Origin: Bifidobacterium longum subsp. longum JCM 1217 | GTDB lineage: Bacteria; Actinomycetota; Actinomycetes; Actinomycetales; Bifidobacteriaceae | Reading direction: 5' to 3' | DNA length: 32,000 nucleotides | Assembly (NCBI RefSeq): GCF_000196555.1 | Contig: NC_015067.1 | Location: forward strand, 1,230,001-1,262,000 | Shown: piece after piece, positions 15,226 through 22,248 of the stretch | Layout: each line of letters starts with the position of its first letter | Position numbering within the stretch: the stretch's first letter is position 1 | Made by a program: the position numbers and the translations under genes | Notes under the pieces: generated by a model | Database searches by the model: none | Seen by the model: only the letters and a program-made list of their open reading frames with translations | What the model was told of the DNA's origin: nothing

Positions 15226-15327
15226 CGTATGGCGTCCGTCCGCCTCCGGACGCGGGTCCCGGACGTCCTTTGCGGGAAACGCATATCCATGGGTGTCCAT
15301 CGTGTTTCCCGTCGTAAGGAGCCTGAC

Positions 15328-15522
15328 ATGGCCGACAAGCCGTTCGTCCCCGTCGAGCATCGTCTCGCGCTGACCGTCCCCGAGGCGGCGGCCCTGTGCG
15401 GCATTCCGGAGAAGGTGGTGCGCGCCGCGGTCGTGCACGGCGATCTGAGGCATTTCGAGAAGGGGTCCACGACCGCCAGGATCCGCAGGTCGGATCTGGA
15501 GGATTGGGTGGCCTTGCTGTGA
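15328..15522 (+). CDS. Excisionase/AlpA-type helix-turn-helix DNA-binding protein
   Basis: RBS AAGGAG. LTVPEAAALCGIPEKVVRAAVVHGDLR...ARIRRSDLEDWV matches the Xis-family HTH pattern. It is the last GC-rich gene before the compositional drop. Confidence 0.6.
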   Translation: MADKPFVPVEHRLALTVPEAAALCGIPEKVVRAAVVHGDLRHFEKGSTTARIRRSDLEDWVALL

Positions 15523-15671
15523 GTCCGACACGGATAGGCACACTTAGGCACACATGCCGTGTATGATGTTCTCCAGATGCGCGTGATTCCGCCATTCCGT
15601 GGTGCCGGCTGACTTAGTGTACGTTATGTCAGATTAGTTATCCTTGACAAGGATTCGGTCGCCTGTATCAA

Positions 15672-15926
15672 CTAGTCCACGCATACCAAGGCCGACAGCC
15701 AAAGGAGCACCGGAGCATACCAGGCCGACAGCCAAAGGAGCACCGGAGCGACCACCGCAATTGCAAGAATCGCCGTGCCTTTCAGCCAATCCTTGTCATC
15801 TCGTTTCCAGTGGAATGCTCGCCAAATGAACCATATCAGCATGGGAATCTCATACAGCGACAGCAATGGCAAACCGATGAAAACCAGGTCGAAGCCCGCG
15901 GCGCAGGCTCCATCGCATCCCATCAT
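15672..15926 (-). CDS. Small hydrophobic membrane protein containing an in-frame 33-bp tandem duplication
   Basis: 84-aa ORF, mostly hydrophobic. Repeated peptide APVLLWLSA(WY)/APVLLWLSA(LV). Confidence 0.4.
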   Translation of the reverse strand: MMGCDGACAAGFDLVFIGLPLLSLYEIPMLIWFIWRAFHWKRDDKDWLKGTAILAIAVVAPVLLWLSAWYAPVLLWLSALVCVD

Positions 15927-15949
15927 GAAGAAGTCCTCGCCGTTGTGTT

Positions 15950-16669
15950 TCAGTGTGTTTGGAAATAACGGTTTACGGCTTCTTCGATCTGCTCGGGCTT
16001 CTCGATGATTTCGTAGGCACCGTGTTCTTCCATCTCACCGGCCGGAGCGTAGCCCCAGCGGCAGCCAATGGCGTCCAGATTGCAGGCGTGGGCGCCGTCG
16101 ATGTCGGTGTAGCGGTCGCCGATCATCACGGCCTTGTCCCCCGCTGCAGCATCAAAACCGATTTTGTCGAAGCAGTACCGAATCACCTGATCCTTGTCCA
16201 AACGAGAGTTATCCCTGGATGCGCCATAGATGCCGTCCAACAGCTCGGTCAGATGGAAATGCTCACAGATCGGAACGCATTGGTACTCGGGCTTGCAGCT
16301 GGCCAACGCCAGATAATAGCCGTCGGCACGCAGCTTGAGCAGCTGTTCGCGGATACCGGGAAACACGACGTTCACCAAGCGGCCGGGAACTTTGTTGCCG
16401 GGCTCGTTCGGATCATCGAACACGGCGCGATCCGCATAGTAGCTGCGGTAGATGGTGACCGCCCGGTCAAGCTCATCCTCCGGCACATGGTTGCGTCGCA
16501 GCGATTCGATGATGGCCGGACCAATGAAACGATGCAGCTCGGCATCGTCGGGAACCGGGCGACCCAATTCCTCGAACGTCTTGACGACGGAGGCGATGAT
16601 GCCGCCGTCGGACTTGGTAAGCGTGCCGTCGAGGTCCAACAGGACCACTTTCATCGGATGCTGTGCCAT
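15950..16669 (-). CDS. HAD-superfamily hydrolase (phosphatase, subfamily IA-like)
   Basis: Motif I LLDLDGTL, motif III/IV region KAVMIGDRYTDIDGA. RBS GGGGAG upstream. Confidence 0.8.
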   Translation of the reverse strand: MAQHPMKVVLLDLDGTLTKSDGGIIASVVKTFEELGRPVPDDAELHRFIGPAIIESLRRNHVPEDELDRAVTIYRSYYADRAVFDDPNEPGNKVPGRLVNVVFPGIREQLLKLRADGYYLALASCKPEYQCVPICEHFHLTELLDGIYGASRDNSRLDKDQVIRYCFDKIGFDAAAGDKAVMIGDRYTDIDGAHACNLDAIGCRWGYAPAGEMEEHGAYEIIEKPEQIEEAVNRYFQTH

Positions 16670-16748
16670 TGAGATTCCACTCCCCTTTGTTCATGTCGAC
16701 TGCTTTGAATGGTCGTCAAACGATATGCGACTTGTTCCAACAATGATT

Positions 16749-16773
16749 ATGCCCAGTCGGGATGACTGGGCAT
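16749..16773 (-). terminator. Stem-loop downstream of rbpA
   Basis: 10-bp arms ATGCCCAGTC / GACTGGGCAT with a 5-nt loop, ~28 nt after the rbpA stop. Confidence 0.55.
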
Positions 16774-16800
16774 CAAGTTCACGTGTTGTTCAGTAGGAGA

Positions 16801-17148
16801 TCACTCGTAGTCAGGAATCCAACCGTCACGGTGCATTTGCAGGCGCTTTTCGAGTAGGGTGGCCAGTTCCTCTTCGCTACGGCGTTCCAGCAGCATGTCC
16901 CAGTGGGTGCGGGTGGGTTTGCTGATCTCGTCGCCCTCACGGTCGGCGTCGCCCTCACGGTGGGCCACGGAACCACAACGGCACTCCCACTCGTCCGGGA
17001 TTTCGGCACCCTCGGCAAACGGCAGGATGGTGCGGTGGCCCTTCGGGCATACATACGCCACATCGTTTCGTGCGGCGAAATCGACGTTGTCGTCGGACTC
17101 CAGCGATTTCGCTCCGATGCTCATGCCCCTGAGGCTACGTTCTGCCAT
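16801..17148 (-). CDS. rbpA: RNA polymerase-binding protein RbpA
   Basis: Matches the actinobacterial RbpA pattern: LRG..IGA.S.E.D....A.R, the Cys/His cluster (CPKGH...CRCG), and a highly conserved C-terminal PRTHWDMLLERRS.EEL..LL..RL. Confidence 0.85.
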   Translation of the reverse strand: MAERSLRGMSIGAKSLESDDNVDFAARNDVAYVCPKGHRTILPFAEGAEIPDEWECRCGSVAHREGDADREGDEISKPTRTHWDMLLERRSEEELATLLEKRLQMHRDGWIPDYE

Positions 17149-17263
17149 ATCGGCATCCTCCTTGAAAGATCTTTAACCCTACTAATTTACGCAACAGTTC
17201 GGACTTGGCCGCTATTCCAAGCTTCCGACGTCGGCTGACAAACTCCCATCAAACGGCCCCCCG

Positions 17264-19855
17264 TCAGTCCACGCCGGAGTAGGCCACCACGCCACGATTG
17301 ACCCGGTCGGCCGCTTCGTGGGCGAGGCCTGCCAGCCGCTCTCCCCCGTCGAACGGCAGCGGCTGGGCGACAGCGATCTGCTGCAGCACGTCAGCCAGTC
17401 GTTTGGCAGTGCGCACGAAGTCGCCGCCGGTCATGTCGGTGCCGTACAGGCACGATCCCAGCGAACCGCCATCCGCCCATTCATACATGATGTCGAGAAT
17501 GCCGAAGTCCGGCCGCTGCATCTCGTCCAGACCGTGATCCTCGCACAGGATATCGATGTCTTCACAGATGCCCTTGAGCTTGGACGAAGCGATTGCGATG
17601 GGCCCGGAGATGCCGCCCGGGTAGTGCCTCGGTTCGCCGTCTCCCCCGCGTCTGGCCTCGTATACCAGTGAAGAGAGCACAGCGGCCAGTCCGTTGGCGT
17701 CGAGCTTGTCGAACGTGCCGGCGAGCAGCGCCTCGCACAGTTCCAGGTCATGTTCACTGTAGATGCGGCGCAGCAGCGAGCCTTTTTCGGTCAACGTCAT
17801 GTCAATGTGGCCGGCCGCATTGACATGACGTTCGAGGTAACCAAGCCCGGTGAGAATATCGCAGATGCGATCGAACTGACGGGCCACGGACCCGGTACGG
17901 GAGTCGTAGCGATCGGTGACGCGCTGCAGTTCGCGGGTCTCGCGGGCCCAGCGGTGGCCCCACTTGAGGTGTTGCTGGAGGTCCGGGCAGTTGCGGCATG
18001 GATGCTCGTGCTCCGCCTTGCGCAAATCGCGAATGCGCTGGTCAAGGTTCTGGAAGGCGCGTGAACGCTCCTGATCGGTCAGGAACACTTCGTGCTTCAG
18101 TTTGCGGCGGCCTTCCTTTTCGATGTCGCTCAGCTCCATACGCAGGGTCATGAACTGTTTGAAGTCGCCGTGTTCGCATGCGAACGCCTGTTCGTATCCG
18201 GCCAGCGCGTTCTTCAGTGTGTTGATCTGCGATTCCAGCTGCCAGGCCGATTCGTTGGCCTCCCACTGGGCAAACGACTGGTCCAGGGTAACGTGCGCGG
18301 TCTCGTAGTCGCTGGAGTTGAGCAGGTTCACGGCCATGTTGAACGTGGGTCGGAAGCTCGAGTGCAGCGGGTAGACACGCTTGGATGACAGCGCGGCGGC
18401 CGTGGCGGGCACAAAACCGTGATGGTCAACCACGATGGCGTGGCCGATGGTGTCGATGCCGCGCCGACCGGCACGACCGGTGAGCTGCGTGAATTCGCCG
18501 GGCGTCAGGCCCACATGACCGGTACCGTCGAACTTCTCGAGTTTCTCTACCACCACGCAGCGGGCCGGCATATTGATGCCCAAGGCCAGTGTTTCCGTGG
18601 CGAACACCATTTTGACCAGACCTTCTTCGAACAATCGTTCGACTATCTGGCGGAACAGGGCAATCATGCCGGCATGATGCGAAGCGAAGCCTTCTTCCAA
18701 CGCAAAGCGGAACTTGGAGAACTGCAGGGCTTTCAGGTCTTCCTGAGTGAGTTGCCCCTCCACCATCTCATCCACGATGCGGCGAATCTTGGTCACTTCC
18801 TCATCGGTGGTGAGCTCCAGTCCAGCGTTGATACACTGTTCCACGGCCTGGTCACAACCGTTGCGCGAGAAGATGAAGTAGATGCCGGGCAACATTCCCA
18901 GAAAGTTAAGCTCGTCCACCACGGCCCAGCGGCGCGGGGTGTGGCGTTCCGCTTTCGGGGCATGGCCCTTGGCGCCTTTGCCGCCGCGGCCTCTGCCGAA
19001 GCCCTTGCGCTTATCGGGGCGTTCCTCGCCGCGCCGGCGTGCGGCCTTGCGGTCCAACTGGTCGAGCCGGTTGATGAGTTCGGCGTTGAGCTTGGTGGTC
19101 TGCTCGCCGTTGCCGTCGCGGCGATAGAGATCCAGCACCTCAGGCTCGGTGTGTTCGTCCGCCTGCACGATGACGTGCTGTTCCAAAGGCACGGGGCGGT
19201 GTTCGCTGATCACCAGTTTGGTGTCGCCTCGCACCGAGGCAATCCAGTTGGAGAAATCCTCCACGTTGGACACGGTAGCGGACAGGCCGACGATCTTGAC
19301 CGTCTTGGGCAGGTGGATGATGACTTCCTCCCACACGGGCCCGCGGAACCGGTCGGCCAGATAGTGCACTTCGTCGAGAATCACGTAGCGCAGTGCGTTC
19401 AGCGTGGTGGAACGCTCGTAGAGCATGTTGCGCAGCACTTCGGTGGTCATGACCACGATGTCCGCCTCGGAGTTGATCGAGGTGTCGCCGGTGAGCAGGC
19501 CTACCTTGTCCGGGCCGTACACGTCGACCAGATCATGGTATTTCTGATTGCTCAGCGCTTTGATCGGTGTGGTATAGAAGGCTTTGACGTTGCGTTCCTG
19601 GGCGAGATAAATGGCAAAATCCGCCACTACGGTTTTGCCGGCACCGGTTGGGGCCGCGACCAGTACGTTGCTGCCGGCTTCGAGCGCGTCATTGGCTTCG
19701 GTCTGGAAGTCGTCCAGTTCGAAGGGCAGGGATTCGGCGAATCGCGCTGCTGCGGACGCCCGATGGCGCTGGACTTTTTGGAATGATGCGTACCGCTGCG
19801 AAGGGCTCAGCGTCTGGGAATCGGCATTGCCCTTATGGTGTTGGTGACGTGCCAT
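17264..19855 (-). CDS. helY: Ski2-like DEAD/DEAH-box RNA helicase HelY
   Basis: Motif I AAPTGAGKT, motif II ILDEVHY, SAT (LSATV), HHAGM, motif VI TGRAGRRGID, and a long DSHCT-like C-terminal region. Its position next to a PafBC-like gene matches mycobacterial synteny. Confidence 0.85.
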   Translation of the reverse strand: MARHQHHKGNADSQTLSPSQRYASFQKVQRHRASAAARFAESLPFELDDFQTEANDALEAGSNVLVAAPTGAGKTVVADFAIYLAQERNVKAFYTTPIKALSNQKYHDLVDVYGPDKVGLLTGDTSINSEADIVVMTTEVLRNMLYERSTTLNALRYVILDEVHYLADRFRGPVWEEVIIHLPKTVKIVGLSATVSNVEDFSNWIASVRGDTKLVISEHRPVPLEQHVIVQADEHTEPEVLDLYRRDGNGEQTTKLNAELINRLDQLDRKAARRRGEERPDKRKGFGRGRGGKGAKGHAPKAERHTPRRWAVVDELNFLGMLPGIYFIFSRNGCDQAVEQCINAGLELTTDEEVTKIRRIVDEMVEGQLTQEDLKALQFSKFRFALEEGFASHHAGMIALFRQIVERLFEEGLVKMVFATETLALGINMPARCVVVEKLEKFDGTGHVGLTPGEFTQLTGRAGRRGIDTIGHAIVVDHHGFVPATAAALSSKRVYPLHSSFRPTFNMAVNLLNSSDYETAHVTLDQSFAQWEANESAWQLESQINTLKNALAGYEQAFACEHGDFKQFMTLRMELSDIEKEGRRKLKHEVFLTDQERSRAFQNLDQRIRDLRKAEHEHPCRNCPDLQQHLKWGHRWARETRELQRVTDRYDSRTGSVARQFDRICDILTGLGYLERHVNAAGHIDMTLTEKGSLLRRIYSEHDLELCEALLAGTFDKLDANGLAAVLSSLVYEARRGGDGEPRHYPGGISGPIAIASSKLKGICEDIDILCEDHGLDEMQRPDFGILDIMYEWADGGSLGSCLYGTDMTGGDFVRTAKRLADVLQQIAVAQPLPFDGGERLAGLAHEAADRVNRGVVAYSGVD

Positions 19856-19867
19856 TGCTGCTTTCCG

Positions 19868-20185
19868 TTAGTTGTTGAATCGCTTCCAGCGGGCCCATGC
19901 CTGGGTGTGGCGTTCGCGCTTGGCGGCCTTGCTGCGAATCACGTCCGCATGGGCCTCGGCATAACGATTCTGTGCCACGCTGAGCGGCTGAGTGAACAGA
20001 GGCGGCTCGCTGGTGTCGGCAGAGGTGCCAGACTCCCCCATCGCGGCCACGCGTTCACCGAGTTGGCCGCCGATGTCGGACATGTCTTTCAAGGCACGGA
20101 TTCCATGAAGGGCTGCATAGATGAGTCCGGCAACAATCATGGCCAGCATGAACAGGGCCAGAATCAGCCATATCCACCAAGGCAT
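19868..20185 (-). CDS. Small N-terminally anchored membrane protein, hypothetical
   Basis: TM helix WWIWLILALFMLAMIVAGLIYAAL. Tightly packed between the WYL gene and helY. Confidence 0.5.
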   Translation of the reverse strand: MPWWIWLILALFMLAMIVAGLIYAALHGIRALKDMSDIGGQLGERVAAMGESGTSADTSEPPLFTQPLSVAQNRYAEAHADVIRSKAAKRERHTQAWARWKRFNN

Positions 20186-20195
20186 GAAAGGCTCC

Positions 20196-22109
20196 TTACT
20201 TGTTCTCGCTGATGCTCAGTTCGCGTTCGGCGCGTGCCACGATCATGGTGCGCAACGTTTCCGGGGCGACCGCCGTGATATGACGCGCGTGTGCGATGCA
20301 GAAGGCCACGAACCAGGAGTCGGAGGAAACGGTCAGATGCACCTTTTCACCGGCACCGCATTGTTCGACGGTAGCGCCCGGCAATGTCTTGATGAATGCC
20401 AGATCGCGCTGATCGGTGATGAACACCGCGTCGGTACCGTTGTCGAAACTCCACTTGCGCAGTTCGCTCACCGGCATGTTCGGGATGTTGATCTGCTTGG
20501 TGGGCTTGACCAGTTCCGCCTTTTCGATACGGGCCAAGCGCAGCACCTGCCAGATGCGCGGCTTGCCGTTCGCCTTGTCGATGGTCTTGTCTTTGGAGAC
20601 GTAGGCCTTCTTGTCCTTAGGGGCGGCGGAACCGACATCCGTGTAGACGGCGGCATAATACACGCCTTCGTCGATGAAAATCTTGGCGGGGGCCACCAGC
20701 TTGCGACGGGTACTACCGGTACCGTCGGAGTACTCCATGTCCAACAGCGAATCGGTGTTGATCGCGCGCTTGACGATGGAGAAGCTTCGGGGCTCCAGCT
20801 CATAGCCGGTCAGGCTCAGCCACGGGGTCTGGCCCGGGCTGACATGGCGGCGCAAACGCTCATACAGGGATTCGGCCTGCCCACGCTGCTTGTCCGGCAG
20901 TAACGGCGAATGCGCCAAGTAGCTGACCGAGGCGGTGAGCATGCTGAGGTATTGCGGCGAAATGCCGGCAAGACGTTCAAGGCCCAACGAATTGGTGGCG
21001 GAAACAATACCCTCGGCATCCAGCAGCGGCCAGTCGATATCGAAGAACTGGCTGCCAGCCATCTCACCATCGTCGGAAACGGTGGTCAGGGTGTTGATGT
21101 CCTTATGAATGATGTTAACGAATTTCTTGAGCTCGTCGTCGTTCTTCGGTTTGCCGATAAAGCGCTCGGCCAGCTCGCTCATCGAGAATTCCTCACCCAG
21201 GTGAGCGGAGAGGAACAGCATCAGACGCAGGCGACGATCCACCTCGCTGCCCGTTTGGAAAGCGGGGCCGTTCTTCTTGTTCTGGGCCTTGATCGACTCG
21301 GGATCACCCGGCTCACGAACATCGCGACTAATCGACGGGGAAACCACCGAGGCGCTTACAGGGCTGGCGGATTCGTCAGCCAGAGTGAATCGGCTGGCGG
21401 CGTGCAGGCGGCGATGATAGGCGTCCACAGCCTCCTGCGGGCTGACAATCGTGGCACCCGGATGCTCCAGCACAAACATGGCCAAATCGTCGGAATCGGT
21501 GTAGGCCACGTTCAGGTGTTCGCCGTCCACATCAACGGTGGCGGCAAAGCGACGCGAATCGATAACCTTGACCAGCGAGTCCGGAATGGGCTGCGTGCCC
21601 AAGCCAGGCGCAATCGAATCCAAACCGAGACCGGGAATAGGGGTCTGCGGCACACGCGGCGTGGTGCGCGACGCATGTTGGGCGAGCTGGGACTGATCCG
21701 GCTCGGAGGAAATCGACATCGAACGAGCCAGATAGTTGGCGGCGGCAAGCACCGGCATATCTTCCGGCTCGAACATCAGACGGATGCGCGGTTCGTCGCC
21801 CAACTGCAGACGGTAGGACGCGAAGTCCTGGCCTTCCGACTTGGACGAATACTCAGGCTGCCGTGATTCGATGGCGATGCCCATAGCGGCGAGCTTGGCG
21901 CGATCACGCTGGAACTGCTTGGCGAACGCGGCCTTGGCGGCCTGATCTGCCAGCTCTCCATACGAGTCGGCGTAAGCCTTGACGCGCTGCGCAATTTGGC
22001 GGGATGTGAGCCATTGCGGGAACGCGGATGACAACACAGCCAGTACGTCCAGCTCGTGCTTGCCCCATTTGTCGGAAAAACGCCGACGTCCGCTTGTGCC
22101 CTCTGCCAT
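20196..22109 (-). CDS. WYL-domain transcriptional regulator, apparently a single-chain PafB/PafC-like fusion
   Basis: 637 aa with two HTH+WYL-like halves. The second half has a WYL-type core (RRKLVAPAKIFIDEGVYYAAVYTD ... WQVLRLARIEKAEL). Located upstream of helY, as pafBC is in mycobacteria. Confidence 0.6.
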   Translation of the reverse strand: MAEGTSGRRRFSDKWGKHELDVLAVLSSAFPQWLTSRQIAQRVKAYADSYGELADQAAKAAFAKQFQRDRAKLAAMGIAIESRQPEYSSKSEGQDFASYRLQLGDEPRIRLMFEPEDMPVLAAANYLARSMSISSEPDQSQLAQHASRTTPRVPQTPIPGLGLDSIAPGLGTQPIPDSLVKVIDSRRFAATVDVDGEHLNVAYTDSDDLAMFVLEHPGATIVSPQEAVDAYHRRLHAASRFTLADESASPVSASVVSPSISRDVREPGDPESIKAQNKKNGPAFQTGSEVDRRLRLMLFLSAHLGEEFSMSELAERFIGKPKNDDELKKFVNIIHKDINTLTTVSDDGEMAGSQFFDIDWPLLDAEGIVSATNSLGLERLAGISPQYLSMLTASVSYLAHSPLLPDKQRGQAESLYERLRRHVSPGQTPWLSLTGYELEPRSFSIVKRAINTDSLLDMEYSDGTGSTRRKLVAPAKIFIDEGVYYAAVYTDVGSAAPKDKKAYVSKDKTIDKANGKPRIWQVLRLARIEKAELVKPTKQINIPNMPVSELRKWSFDNGTDAVFITDQRDLAFIKTLPGATVEQCGAGEKVHLTVSSDSWFVAFCIAHARHITAVAPETLRTMIVARAERELSISENK

Positions 22110-22248
22110 TAGTCCTCACGTATAGTTATTGTTTCGTTATAAGTGCGTATGAGTTTCCTCACACTCACTCTATCTTAGAGGCTTTTTCCGCACTTGAGCG
22201 CCATTTCACAAAAATAATATCTTTTTTATCGTTCGACCGTGTTGTAAA

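Noticed and set aside
14074-15551. 489-aa and 210-aa minus-strand ORFs spanning the SNF2 5' region, the intergenic operator and the xis-like gene.
   Set aside because: Off-frame relative to the clearly motif-bearing SNF2 frame, and they run across a divergent promoter region. Low-complexity R/H/P/G composition.
17149-17263. 10-bp palindrome CCGACGTCGG in the rbpA-helY intergenic region as a regulatory site.
   Set aside because: A single short GC-rich palindrome in GC-rich DNA with no second copy or known motif match. Insufficient evidence.
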